A stretch of DNA of 61,905 nt, the filler included, from Stramenopiles sp. TOSAG23-6 (taxonomy: Eukaryota): assembly GCA_900128565.1 (NCBI GenBank). It is 24 parts of 24 records of this genome, joined end to end, with 100 filler letters (N's around TTAATTAATTAA, not from the genome) between each part and the next. Parts side by side here need not be neighbours in the genome. Positions count along the whole stretch, not along the records: positions 46,596 to 49,069 come from LT638025.1; positions 49,170 to 51,638 come from LT638026.1; positions 51,739 to 54,206 come from LT638027.1; positions 54,307 to 56,774 come from LT638028.1; positions 56,875 to 59,340 come from LT638029.1; positions 59,441 to 61,905 come from LT638030.1; 18 more parts are not named here. One strand, given 5' to 3'. Below are positions 46,596 through 59,540 of this stretch, piece by piece. The translations under genes were made by a program, and so were the position numbers. Under the pieces are notes generated by a model. That model did not search any database and was not told where the DNA came from. It worked only from the letters and a program-made list of their open reading frames with translations. The stretch's first letter is position 1. Each line of letters begins with the position of its first letter.

Positions 46596-48915
46596 AAATA
46601 TACAATAAAAATGATACGAATGTAATAAAACTAAATTGTGGTGAAATTCGGCCTAGTACCGCATTAATACATATAAACGCAAACACAGCGAGAACGAGTT
46701 GTGTAGCCTGTTTTTTGGAAAAATATTTTCTACGTTTGAAATTTGTTAGGTACAAAATTTCGTATGAAAAAAATAAATGACATCTATGATGAAAACGTAC
46801 ATGTAATATTTTACACACCGATCCAGCAACAGCAAATGTTGATAGAAAATGAAAGAAAATATTGTTTCCTACAACAATTCTTCCAAATTCATCTTCTACA
46901 CATTGATCAGCAAATAGCCCGTAACTTTGAAGACTGCTCCAAAGTATGATTACATCTAATAGTAAGACCATTATTAAATCCATTTGAAATAATTTCAAGG
47001 TCAAAGTCATCACTCGGCGTTCTATTTTTTGTCTATTCAAGAAAAATTCACGTCTTTTGATTTCTAATGCCTTTTTCGCTTGTTCTTCTCTCTGTTGAGA
47101 TAGAATTGCAGCATGTCGCCGATCTTCAGATTCTATAAATTCTCTATGACGTAATTGTTTCTTCCTACATTCTTTTTCCCATGCTCTAGCTTTTTTCTCC
47201 GCATGTAATCTTTTTGCTTCAGCATCTGCAAACCATTTTTGTCTATCATCTTTTCTTAATTCACTTGCACGACGATTTATCTCACGCTGGGTTCTTTCCC
47301 ACTGAACGCGATCGGTTCGTTGCGTCACTAAAAGTTTCTTCATCTCTATATCATGAGCTAGCATTCGATCAAATACTACTTTACGTGCTTCAGCTTCGTC
47401 AACACCTAATTGGGCAGCACGGGCGACCATTACCTCCACATCAGTTGGAGTCGCATTTGTGGAAATAATAGGCTTACTATTAAGATTGTCCTTACCCGTA
47501 TGAATAATTTCCGTTTGTGGATTTTCACTGTCATAATCACCTAATAACAAAGGTCGTTTTTTTTCACCATTGCAAATATTTTCTAAAGGGTTGACATTAT
47601 GTAACTTCGTTTGAGCATCAATCAATTGTTTTTCTTCAGTTTTTACTGTGTGTCGATCTAAACATTCCTGTAACGATAGTAATGTAGACATTCCTTTTTT
47701 AACTGAGGGTAAATGAGCAAATCCAGATTCATATGCAGCTTCAACAGCAACTTTTAGAACCGGTGCAATTAATACAAATTGTGCAATATCAGAAGTATCT
47801 GGAATATCATTATCTAATTCTTCATTTGTATACTGTATCTTGGATAAAGCAGCCTCACAGTCTTTAGATACGATATCACCAACTCGTAATTGACTACAAA
47901 TTTTCGTCGTTGTTTCATCAATTTCTTCGTGAAATTTCAGCATAAATTCTAATATTGCATTTGCTGTATGTGTATTATGTTCTATATATGCCGCACGGTG
48001 AAGTGCAAGTCTAAGTGAATTTCGTAAATGACTCAACTTTGTGAATTCATTTTTGATACTTTCTGATATTTTCAATAGATTTGAAGTGAGATAAACTTTG
48101 CGGCCAACAACACTTCCTTTTCTATATGATTTCAATGAATATGAAAAATCAGATAAAGCTTCTGTAAGATATCCAACAGTGTCAATAAGTTCTGTAAATG
48201 TTTTAGCACCCAAAGGAAGACATATATGCTCAGTAGTATACGTCGTATTGGGCTCTTCTCTTGACTCTTTTGACTCCTTTGACTCATTTACATCTGAGCA
48301 GGATGAATGGGACTTTACATGACATACGGAATCAGTCATCTTCCGAATTTTCATTATATCCAACACTACAGCTTCTAACTTCTTCACAATCATTGGTGAT
48401 TCTACAGTTGTCGACGAAGAGGAAACTGCGATATTCGATTGACTTGTATCTAGAGATAACGTAGAACTGGCATCCAAAGTCAGCCCAAAACTAGAACAGA
48501 CAGTCTGTTCCGTCAGATTAGGATCAGATAATATTTGACAAATTTGGCGAATAGTTACCTTCAAGTCACCGAGTACACTGCATCGATGTAATTCGGCAGC
48601 GTTCATAGAGGTTGTTGCGAGTCCAGTTTTAACCATCCAAACAAAAGTAAGCACTAAACTACAAAACATACCTACTATAACAACGTACTGATTCCACGTT
48701 TCGAAAGATATGGCTTTCATTTTTGATGGAATAGACTCTATGGTGGATAGCAGATTAGAAGCTTTCTGTCGTAACGGGACGGGAGCTCGCTCGTGGGCGT
48801 CCTCAGAGAAAATATCGAAAAAGTCGTCTTCGAGCTCAAAAACATCAAAATCCTGAACGGCGTAAACGTGACTAAACACCACCATAAAAATTAGCAAATG
48901 TGAAAAGAAACTCAT
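46596..48915 (-). CDS. Signal-peptide, membrane and coiled-coil hypothetical protein, 3' partial; intron 46708-46800
   Basis: Long ORF, hydrophobic N-terminus, TM segments. Confidence 0.75.
46708..46800 (-). other. Family intron with GT-AG ends (93 nt, in frame)
   Basis: CAT|GTACGT...ATACGAAATTTTGTACCTAAC...CCAAAAAACAG|GCT. Confidence 0.8.
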
Positions 48916-49219
48916 ACTTCATACATCTATTCGTATACTCACTAAAACTATCAATAACTAGTCTGATGTAAAATCAATTCATTGAGGTTGTTCATTCGAA
49001 AGAATTTGAATTTGAAGGAGAAAAAATTCTTGCAGTCAGTCAGTGCTCTCTATTTTTTTGGAAGTTTTGNNNNNNNNNNNNNNNNNNNNNNNNNNNNNNN
49101 NNNNNNNNNNNNNTTAATTAATTAANNNNNNNNNNNNNNNNNNNNNNNNNNNNNNNNNNNNNNNNNNNNAAACACGAAAAATAATAAAAATAATAAAAAA
49201 AATGAAATGTATTGTAAAA

Positions 49220-49921
49220 CAGTTGCTCGCCTAATAATTTAATCCTTTGATGATTTTCTAATAATCTTGTTTTTATCGTATTTACATTATTTCGTGTTTT
49301 TTCAAAATGTCCACGTCGATCATTTGTAATCATTTGAATACCTTTTTCCTTATATAAATCTTGACAAATGGATAAAAAAACACGAAAAGTAATGTTTTTT
49401 TTTTTCGTACCAAAATCTGTACCTAAGGAATATTTTTTCACATTTGGATTTTTTTCAATTTCATGTTTTTGAAATATTTCTAAACGGTTTAAAGCATCAA
49501 TAAGTTCATTATAAGTTAATGTACCTGTAAAATCAACATCAGTCAGTGTAAATAAATCATGTAATTCTCGAACTGTTTTACAATACATTTCATTTTTTTT
49601 ATTATTTTTATTATTTTTCGTGTTTTTTGTGTTTTTTGTATTGTCCAATGAAATTTCATCCATAACTTGAGACAATGCATTGATACATTGTTCGAGATCA
49701 ACATATTGTCCATCATTGTATGCTAGTATATTAATAATTCTATTTCTTTGATGTTGACTAAAGAAAGTCTTTAATGAAGGATCTTGTAATACACTCGAAA
49801 TCATTTGAGTTGGAATTTCGTCTGGATCAATTTGACTTTTTTGAATAATTTGTTGGAAGATGTTTGATACTTTTTCTGCCATATTTATCTTTGATGATTT
49901 TGGATCTATGCCTGTTGCCAT
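49220..49921 (-). CDS. EF-hand protein, first exon (3' boundary approximate)
   Basis: LHDLFTLTDVDFTGTLTYNEL...ITFRVFL. Confidence 0.65.
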
Positions 49922-50364
49922 TCTAGTATATTATCCTATCTTATCTTATATGTACTGTATAATATAATTAGATGTAGAGTAGAGAGAGAGATTGTATTGT
50001 TTATAGTAAGTACAGCAAGTAGTAGTAGTAGTAGTAGTAGTAATTTAATATAGAAGAAGAAGACAAAAAAGACGAAAAATAACGGATGACAATTTGAGAG
50101 AAATTGAGAAATTGAGAAATTAAATTGAGAAATTGAGATTGAACATTGCGATATTTGTATTTTTTTGAACTTGTTTTTTTTTCTACCTCTTTTTTTTTTA
50201 TTTTTTACTCCTCTTTTATTTAGATTATAGTATTGATATATTGTAAAAAGCAGTACTATTATTCATCGTCAATATACAAAAACATCACTGTATAGCACTC
50301 TCTAGTATATGTACAACAATTCAAGCATAACAAAACAAAAAAAAAAGAGAAACAATCATAAAAT

Positions 50365-51515
50365 ATGAGTTCTATGAAGAGTCTAATTCAACGAAATGTG
50401 AGCGGTCTTGTCTTTCTCATTGGTGTTCTTTGTTATTCAAACATTTTCCCAGGTGAGTTCATATACGATGATTTCAAGGCCGTGTTACAAAACCCCGATA
50501 CAACGGGTCAACGTCCCTTTATGGAACTCTTTAAGCACGACTTTTGGGGGGAACGAATCGATTCTTTATACAGTCACAAGTCATGGAGACCTCTGACAAT
50601 TATTACATATAGACTTCAATATATGCTACATGGAGCTTCAGCAGCACCGTATCGAGCAGGTAATGTGCTATTACATGGTATTTGTTCAACACTAGTCGTT
50701 TGTATTTGTCAGAATGTTTTATTTATGCCCTTTCACAAAACGTTTGCTGCAGGAATTTTATTTGCTTTACACGTTCGTTTGTACTAGATTGATTTTTTTT
50801 GAAAATTTTTTTTGAAATTTTTTTTGAAATTTTTTTGAAAATTTTTTTTCGTACGAAATTCCGTACCTAACAATTTTTTTTTTTTTTTTTGAAATATTTT
50901 CCTACAACACATCCAATTCATACTGAAAGTGTTAATTGTATTGTCGGACGAGCTGAGTTATTATCAGCAATGTTTGCATTATTTTCACTATTATCTTATG
51001 CCAAAGGCGTCATTTTACTACGAAAGATTGCAAATCAAAATCAATATTTTAAAACTAACCCTAACCCTAAACAGAACAATGAAAAATACACGAAATATGA
51101 AAAATACACGAAATACGAAACATGGAAAAGTTTTTTTTTTATTTTTTTAACTTTTGTATTATCATTTTTATCAATGATTTCAAAAGAGCAGGGTATAACA
51201 ATTTTAGGTGTTTGTGGATTATTTGATATGTTTTATTCAACATCACGAGCAGGTTTGTTGTATGATATTTTTTATTTTTTGAAACATTTGATAAAAATAT
51301 TTCAAAAAAAAACAAAAAAAAAAATTGAAAAAAAAAAAATTGAAAAAAAAATCGAATTTGAAAGAAAACAATTTTCATTGTTTGTGATTCGTGGCATTAT
51401 TTTATTTATAGGCTTACTATGCATTTTATCATTTCGCTGGTGTGTCATGGGTGGACGTCCACCATCTACACGTGTTTTTTCAAATTTTGATAATCCTGCC
51501 GCTCATACACAAAAT
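50365..51515 (+). CDS. TMTC: TMTC-family protein O-mannosyltransferase, 5' part; exons 50365-50772 and 50913-51515
   Basis: FIYDD, DFWG, SHKSWRPL, spliced LFALHPIHTESV..IVGRAELL, SKEQGIT, FDNPAA. Confidence 0.92.
50773..50912 (+). other. Non-canonical intron GT-AT
   Basis: CAC|GTTCGT...CGTACCTAAC...ACAACACAT|CCA; the first downstream AG is out of frame and would delete PIHTE. Confidence 0.88.
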
Positions 51516-51793
51516 GTATGTTTTTTTTTTTTTGATTTTTTTTTTTTTGAATTTTTTTTTTTTGAATTTTTTTTTTTTGAATTTTTTTTTTTAGATTTTT
51601 TAGATTTTTTTGATTTTTTTACTTTTTTTGATTTTTTTNNNNNNNNNNNNNNNNNNNNNNNNNNNNNNNNNNNNNNNNNNNNTTAATTAATTAANNNNNN
51701 NNNNNNNNNNNNNNNNNNNNNNNNNNNNNNNNNNNNNNTCGTACGAAATTTTGTACCTAACAAATTTCGAATTTAATTTTTTTTACAATACAT

Positions 51794-53932
51794 GTCTGGT
51801 TGAGAACATTTCAAAACCAAATAAACTTACTAGAATATCAACGGACCATCTCTGTGTCCTTTGGTGTGCGCAAGTATTAAAACCAATTACTCAGGGTCTT
51901 TTAGAACTCACGAAATTACGGAAAAAAAATAAAAATAAAAAAAATGTAAAAAGGAATGAAATATCTGCAAAAGATGGGTCGAAAACGTTTCAAAAATATA
52001 TGGTTCGTAGTTATGTATGTTTTATTTTTTTTCAAATTCGAATTTTTTTTTTTATAAAAATTTTGTACCTAACGATTTTTTTTTAAATATTTTTCCAAAA
52101 TACATTCGCCTTCAAATATTGTGCTTGAAAATAATGTAGTGTTGAAAGGATTTGATACAAAGGTGAGGAATGTCGATTTAAATTCTGGTTTTGGAGCTTT
52201 CGTTGTACGTTTTCAAAATTGAAGTTTTACATTTTTGTTCATACGAAATTTTGTACCTAACAAATATTTTTACACCAAAAAACAAATATTTTTTCACAAT
52301 ACTGAGTGATTGGTTGCGTTATAATGTTGAATCTATTATGGCGATGCTTGTTGTTATACCTCTTCTTGTATTTGTACATTTGATACCATTATTACGAGAA
52401 TCTAAATGGCGTGGAGCAACGTCGAAGAATCGCGTCAAGGGTGCATTAGTTATTAGAGGTCTTCGTTATGGTGCTGATGCAGGTATATGGTTGTTACTCT
52501 CCCCGGCGTCTCATTTACCTTTGCATGCCTTATATTTGTTTTTGAGCAAAATGACAAAGAAATCTGAATTTAATCATTTAATGACAACTATTTTAGTATC
52601 CATTGGTGTCTACACGGGTTTACACTCCTCGAGTGATTTTTGTCCTGTTTTAATTCTACCAGCTGTTCAATGGGTCCTTTGGTCTATGAATGAAGTAAAG
52701 GGATGTATTACTCAAATGGGAATGCGTTTATTCAGTATGCTGTCGATTCCTACAATATATGATTTCGTGTCACTTTTAGCATCTTATTTCGTGGCATTAT
52801 CTATTTTGGTTGCATTAGCCTGTGCACTAGAAATGTTTCATCAGTACATTGGAATTCGTATACATAAAATTGTACTTAAATTGGCGAATTATTCAATTGT
52901 CTCGAAAATATCAAAGGTATCTATGACATACTGGAGTTTACTAGTAATTGTTACGTTTTATGTAGCGATACATGTACGTTTTCAAAATTGAATTTGTTTT
53001 ACGTAAATTTTTTTTTCAAGTATATTATGTACCTAACGATTTTTTTACAAAAAAAAAACAATTTACAATACATATACGAATGGTGAAGCCTGCTATTGAG
53101 TATAGAAGTATTACTCTATTGAGAGAGATTTCTTGTCTTTTTATTCTTGTCTTTATCGTTCATCTTATATCTTTGGTATTAATAATTGTATACCCTTGCA
53201 TGTCAGACAATGCAAAAAGAATCTATCAACAAATAACTCTCATGCTGTATTTACCTAGTCTACCTATTTGGATGGGAAGTGTTATTCATATTTCTTCCAT
53301 TATGTTGGGCCCTGCAGGTGCAGATACATCTGGATCGTTTAACACTGTTATTTTATCATTGTTTTTCATCAGTGTTTCAAGTATGCATACCGTCTCCGTC
53401 ATGTATGTTGCGTTTACTACAAAATTGTATACCTAAGACTTTTTCTACTACATTTTTTTTACCTTTTTTTTTTTTACAATGAAAAATTTTACCTAACAAA
53501 TTTCGAAATGTAAAAACATATTTTTTCACAGTATATGCGTTTTACATTACCAGATGCAGATTTGGATGACAGTGAGAGTCTTGAATCATCGAGCAACCCT
53601 AACCCTAATTTATCAAAGTATAGAAATCCAAACAATTCTAGAAATAATAATCGATATTTAAATAAATATGATTTGAAAAGAGGTGAAAATACGAATTGCG
53701 AAAAGTGTCTATGTGTACGTTTCTAAAATTGAATTTCGAATTTACTTTTTGTTACTATGAAATATTTGTACCTAACGATTTCTTTTACGAAAAAAACAAA
53801 ATATTTTTCACCATGCATCCTTATGCTGAGTATGAAGCTATAGCACCAAATTCATGTGGTAAAACTCGAATTCATCGCTTTAAAGATGGAGAAGAAATAG
53901 TTCTAGGTCCTTCATTTCGTGTCGTTTGGTGT
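51794..53932 (+). CDS. Multi-pass membrane protein; exons 51794-52014, 52106-52204, 52305-52973, 53074-53402, 53537-53714, 53819-53932
   Basis: Five family introns (four GT-AT, one GT-TG) join six exons into one frame. Confidence 0.75.
52205..52304 (+). other. Non-canonical intron, probably GT-TG
   Basis: GTT|GTACGT...CACAATACTG|AGT; the adjacent AG is out of frame. Confidence 0.6.
53403..53536 (+). other. Non-canonical intron GT-AT skipping a CAG
   Basis: AT|GTATGT...TTCACAGTATAT|G; using the CAG leads to a premature TAA. Confidence 0.7.
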
Positions 53933-53974
53933 GTATGTTTTTATCATTCCAATTTCAAATTTATCATTTCAATT

Positions 53975-54206
53975 TCAAATTTATTGTTCAAATTTATTGT
54001 TCAAATTTATTGTTCAAATTTATTGTTCAAATTTATTGTTCAAATTTATTGTTCAAATTTATTGTTCAAATTTATTGTTCAAATTTATTGTTCAAATTTA
54101 TTGTTCAAATTTATTGTTCAAATTTATTGTTCAAATTTATTGTTCAAATTTATTGTTCAAATTTATTGTTCAAATTTATTGTTCAAATTTATTGTTCAAA
54201 TTTATT
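53975..54206. repeat. 13-bp intronic minisatellite (CAAATTTATTGTT)n
   Basis: Perfect tandem array running to the contig end. Confidence 0.95.
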
Positions 54207-54371
54207 NNNNNNNNNNNNNNNNNNNNNNNNNNNNNNNNNNNNNNNNNNNNTTAATTAATTAANNNNNNNNNNNNNNNNNNNNNNNNNNNNNNNNNNNNNN
54301 NNNNNNAAAATCGTTAGGTACAAAATTTCGTACGAAAAATAAATTCAAAATTGAAAAAAAATAAAACGTAC

Positions 54372-54783
54372 ATTTGCATTGATCATTTTGCCAATTACCG
54401 TAGGACTACACCACCCTGCCCAAGCAAAGTGTTCCATCGGGTAGTACCATAATAAACTTAGCGACTGAGCTCGTAAAAGAAAAATCTGAATTGTACTCTT
54501 CCAACCTTCAAGAAAAGTTAAATTTCGAAAATTATCTATTTCAACTAGAATACCACTATCACCACCACAAACACGACCAGCATAACGAGCAAGTGATAAC
54601 GATGATGCTAAGTTGGCAAAGCCGACGTGAAAGCTATATGGCAGCCAAAAGAGCAAGGGCATGGGTGATTGTCTTCAAAAAGTTATCTGCACCTGACTGT
54701 GATTTGTGTAGCGAAATGATATACCGGAGCGCTACATCGAAGCGAGAAAGGTTTTTATCTCGTGTAGAAGATGAATATTTCAT
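54372..54783 (-). CDS. PEX11-like protein, first exon, with an apparent +1 frameshift near 54635
   Basis: GADNFLKTI in one frame and FANLASSLSLARYAGR in the next resemble PEX11 N-terminal motifs; ends at a family donor. Confidence 0.5.
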
Positions 54784-55034
54784 TTGCTTCAACTACACTA
54801 GTTAGACTTCAATATTTACACCATGAATTTTTATTCTAAATGTGATTTGTTATTTTAATTGTAATTGAAATGCAATGTTGAATATAATATTTATGTGTAA
54901 CTTGTTCAAAACGTCGTGTTTGTTGTTCGTTAGTTCGAAGTTCGTTTTTTTGACCTCAAAAAAAACAAAAATCCATCAATTATTTTTCGTTATTTTTCGT
55001 TAAACATTCGACTTGTTCATAATAATCATAATTT

Positions 55035-56140
55035 ATGCTCGTATTACATTTACAGTCAAGTAGAATAATTAATCTGCCTAATAGAATAGTTAAACATGCG
55101 CAACGAGTTAGAATAAGAAACTTCTCGGCAGTGAGTGAGTCATGGGTCCCACGCAGTGTAAAAATTGTAGAGGTTGGTCCGAGAGATGGCTTACAGAGCG
55201 AGAAACTCCCAATCTCTTTAGCAACTAAGATAAAATTTATAGACAAACTTTCTAAAACTGGATTGACAGTAATTGAATCTGGCTCTTTTGTTTCAGCCAA
55301 AGCTGTACCTCAAATGGCAGATACGGGCGAAATCATGAGGCAAATTGTACGTGCAGAAAATGTGAATTACCCCGTTCTTGTGATGAATGAAAAGGGTCTT
55401 GAAGCTGCAGTTGAAGCAGGTGCAAAAGAAGTTGCTGTATTTGCTTCAGCTTCGGATGCTTTCTGCATCGCCAATACACGAATATCCATGCATGAGGGGT
55501 TAGAAAATGCTAAAAAGGTAACAAAAAAAGCAATTAACTTCGGATGTAAAGTTCGAGGTTATGTTTCGTGTGTTCTTGGATGTCCATATGAAGGTAATAT
55601 AGAGAAAGCGTCCGTTGCTAAAACAGCAGTTGAACTTTATGAAAGTGGTTGTTATGAAATTTCTCTTGGCGATACAATTGGAGTGGGTACACCTTTGAAA
55701 ACAAAATCTTTAGTACAAACTGTATCAAAGGTAATTCCAGTGGCAGCCATTGCTGGTCACTTTCACAATACCTATGGTCAAGCTCTGGCAAACACATTAG
55801 CTGCTTTAGAAGAAGGTGTTACGGTGATTGATTCATCTGTTGCTGGACTTGGTGGATGTCCTTATGCAAAAGGCGCTAGTGGTAACCTCGCTACAGAAGA
55901 TCTAGTGTATGTTTTATTTTTCTTTCAATTTCGCATTTATTTTTTTTTCATACGAAATTTCGTACTTCACAAATTGTACAAAAAAATATTTTTCAACAAT
56001 ATATGTATATGTTAGACGGGATGGGAATTGAAACGGGTGTTGACATTAACGCACTCATTGATGCTGGTGAATTCATTATGACAGAAATTGGACGTCCTAC
56101 AGATTCTCTTGTTGCAAAAGCAATGCTTGCAAAACGGTAA
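55035..56140 (+). CDS. HMGCL: Hydroxymethylglutaryl-CoA lyase; exons 55035-55906 and 56005-56140
   Basis: VEVGPRDGLQ, EISLGDTIGVGTP, GLGGCPYAKGASGNLATEDLV|YMLDGMGIETGVD. Confidence 0.96.
55907..56004 (+). other. Non-canonical intron GT-AT
   Basis: GT|GTATGT...CGTACTTCAC...CAACAATATAT|G; I found no GT-AG pair that restores TEDLVYML. Confidence 0.88.
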
Positions 56141-56436
56141 CATTTAACTTTCAATCTCTCGAACTCATTCAGAACTCAATAACCCTAACCCTAATCAATG
56201 AATCAACAGAAGAGTATAGTTAGAACTAACATACTTTAATAGAATTTTGTTATTAAAAAACAAATAAAAATATATTCATCGTTGTTCATAAATCGTTTAT
56301 AATTGTAATAATAGATACAATGTCATACACTTCACTCTTTCACTTGCTATACTACTCACCGTAGCTTTCATCTTTCATTTAGGTTCTCAAAACCGTTTTT
56401 GGAATCGTTTTTGAAGCTATTCCTTCGGAGTTAAAT

Positions 56437-56774
56437 TTATATGTTTTTGACCAGGTAATTTTGGGTGACAAGGTATTTGATAAGCAGTTGGTTGACACTG
56501 TGAGTGCAGTGACATTCCCTTGGTGACATGTTGGGCGCTTGTTGACCAGGAAACGTTGAGACTTGGGAGGTCAATGTTTTTGTTGGCATTAAAGCCGATA
56601 CAGGGACTTGTGGTACATTTATATTTGTTTGCGGTGGTGCCACCATAGGTACTAGATGGTTGGGTCTAAAGTGTTTATGATTTCGCAGAAATTCAGTCAA
56701 ACTACTTACTACAAAAGAAACCTCTTTCGACGTCGTGCCAACAGAGAGTGACTTTGTACTTTCCGTAACACCAG
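56437..56774 (-). CDS. C-terminal fragment of a hypothetical protein
   Basis: Open frame from the contig end, coding-like composition. Confidence 0.35.
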
Positions 56775-56876
56775 NNNNNNNNNNNNNNNNNNNNNNNNNN
56801 NNNNNNNNNNNNNNNNNNTTAATTAATTAANNNNNNNNNNNNNNNNNNNNNNNNNNNNNNNNNNNNNNNNNNNNAA

Positions 56877-57155
56877 GAGAATAACTTTCGCTTCAATAAA
56901 GAAACAGCTAAACGAGTTGGTGTAAAATCTCACGAATCCTCCGCTACCTTTGGTCAAGCTGGTCGGCATATTAGAGGTGAATATCATCTTGTTCAAGCAA
57001 CTCAAGAAGGGAAAGTTGTTGTAGTTCGTGGTATCAAAATGTCTGGTATGTCACTTGAACCAAAGATGATTGATTTACCAAGCGATAAACCATTATCTGT
57101 CTTGGAATTAAGAAAATTTGCAAAGTCTACGAAATTTGATGAAGAAGAAGAATAA
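56877..57155 (+). CDS. C-terminal fragment of a hypothetical protein (not in ORF track)
   Basis: Open frame ENNFRFNKETAKR...KFDEEEE* from the contig start. Confidence 0.55.
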   Translation, partial: ENNFRFNKETAKRVGVKSHESSATFGQAGRHIRGEYHLVQATQEGKVVVVRGIKMSGMSLEPKMIDLPSDKPLSVLELRKFAKSTKFDEEEE

Positions 57156-57209
57156 CCGAAATATAAACAGTATCTTCCATTTGATTGAATAGTTATATAG
57201 TCATTTTTA

Positions 57210-59340
57210 TTATTGAATTTCTTTCCGAACCAAAACTCTCGGCATCACAGTTACATCAAATTCATCATGAGTTGCTTCCTGTATTAAATTATATAATGAT
57301 TCTTCTAAAACCCTTGAACATAAATCAGCAATACTTGGATCTTTTAGTAATTCTCGCTCTATACTTTCATCTTTTTCTACATTTTGATCATTATTAGTTT
57401 GTGTCCACAATTTGATTTCTTCTTCACTGTTTGCTGCACGAGTAGAGCTATCTGATCTCGAGGACATCTGCAAAAATAATGGTGGTTGTGAAGGTTCAGC
57501 ACATAGCTTTTTGAACTCATTTGAAATTGTGACGTCACCAAGTACGTCGGTCAAAACATCATCAAGAACATCTAGCATGACAGATTGCTGTTCTGGTTCA
57601 GCAGCGTCAGGATCCACTGTTGTACTTTGTCTCATTGTAAAGTGTTCCATAGCTCGTTTATCAAGTGGAATATACATTTGATCAAAATCTCCGCCTTCAT
57701 TTACAAATTGACGTCCACAGCAAGATGTACCAATAATTCGTACATAAAGTGTGACTGGAGCTGGACCTTTTGAAAGATTTAAACTATTTCGTTTTTGAAC
57801 AGATTTTAATAATGAAGGTTCCCGATTTGATACGTCTAATCCAGCATTTGCTGAATCTTTAGCGACTTTTTTCATTCGATTATCCATAGAACTCGTGCTA
57901 CGACTCACAACAGATTGTCTTTTTGTTTTTGGGCGCTTCAACAACGCAGCAACACTAGTATCTTTCACTTCACCTGTCATAACTTTTCCGTTATTGGTTA
58001 GAGGAACTATTTTACACGAANNNNNNNNNNNNNNNNNNNNNNNNNNNNNNNNNNNNNNNNNNNNNNNNNNNNNNNNNNNNNNNNNNNNNNNNNNNNNNNN
58101 NNNNNNNNNNNNACCATCTTTCAGTAACCGCTCTTTTATAGACCACTCATAAGAAAAGCGAACATTTCGTGTACTTCTGAGTATAAGTACACGGAGTATT
58201 TTACTTCCAATAGGTGAAATGCCAAAATTAATAATATCTGTATGAAAAGCAGCAGGTTGGCCGCTCAAATGGAGTAGTGGTGTATCAGGAAGTTTATACT
58301 TGCTAGTTGTGATACGAGTTTCTTGTTTGTCAAGATTATTTGGATCAAGTCCCCAACTAAAGAGTCTGATATCGACTGAATCATTCAAACTAATTTCTTG
58401 AGTTGTTCGACGTCCTCGAGTACCTGAAGCACCGTACATTATTGTTGTAGAAACATTATATAGTTTATCTTCCAGAGGCTTGAACTTAAANNNNNNNNNN
58501 NNNNNNNNNNNNNNNNNNNNNNNNNNNNNNNNNNNNNNNTTTCAAAGTTGTAGTTCTTTTTAGTGAGGGCTACTAGTGGATCAGAATCCAATTCGTATCG
58601 GCACGGTGAGTCACCAGCATTGAAATATTCCACATATTGCCACTGTGGTTCACTACTTCCAATTGGTATGGGCTCAAGACGGTGATTGTTGGTCAATGAA
58701 ACTAGGTATGGTTTATTAGGAGGGAGGGTTCGACCACGTAATAACAATCGAATTTGTTTTCCATGTTTCAATGCAAATACGACTGGAAGCACATGTTCTT
58801 CTCCTAAAAGAGGATCTGTTGTGACGTATGCATATGTAAATGTCACATCGACAGACTCTCCAGCACTTAACTTACCTTCTTTTGGGTATATTTCAAATAG
58901 TCCATTATCTAATATTCCGTCAAGGCGAATTTGTTCTTCTGTAGGTTCCCCTGCATCTGCCCAAAGTTCAACCTCAACTTGGACATCCCGGAAATTTAGT
59001 AAAGAAAATTCTACTTCTAATGCTGATGTATTTGTGAGTTTTAACTGAACCATTGATTTTTTGGAATCAATTACAGCTGGCATGAAACAAACATCAAATG
59101 CTTTTAATGTTTTTGGATCCTGTTTTAGCCCACTTGTGTTATTGTAAATAATATCTTTTTTAGTGAGAGGCTTTGTTAATTCTTCATTGATAGATGAAAC
59201 TGAAAACCGTTCCCAAAGCCATTTGGCAGAACACCCTCCATCCAAGGATCGAATATCTTGAAACGTCAATGAAGGATATCCAGAAATACCCACAACATCA
59301 CAAAATAATGGATTTCCTCTCAGATCATGGTCATTTGGTG
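57210..59340 (-). CDS. CFAP65: CFAP65-like cilia/flagella protein, C-terminal part with N gaps
   Basis: YP.L...D.R, LWERFS, EVELWA..EPTEEQ, LFEIYPKEGKL, LPVVF..GKQI.L.L.G.T (ASH/Ig-like domains). Confidence 0.7.
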
Positions 59341-59540
59341 NNNNNNNNNNNNNNNNNNNNNNNNNNNNNNNNNNNNNNNNNNNNTTAATTAATTAANNNN
59401 NNNNNNNNNNNNNNNNNNNNNNNNNNNNNNNNNNNNNNNNTTTTCCTAAAAATTTTTTTTTTTTTTTTTTGGTAGAAAATTTTGTACCTAACGATTTTTT
59501 TTACTAAAAACAGAAAAAAAAAATATTCTTTCACAAAATA

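Noticed and set aside
51751..52086. Shared peptide motifs such as MYLT, YEILYLT, KYFSKIH and RTKFCT across many ORFs
   Set aside because: These are translations of the intron consensus, not a protein domain.
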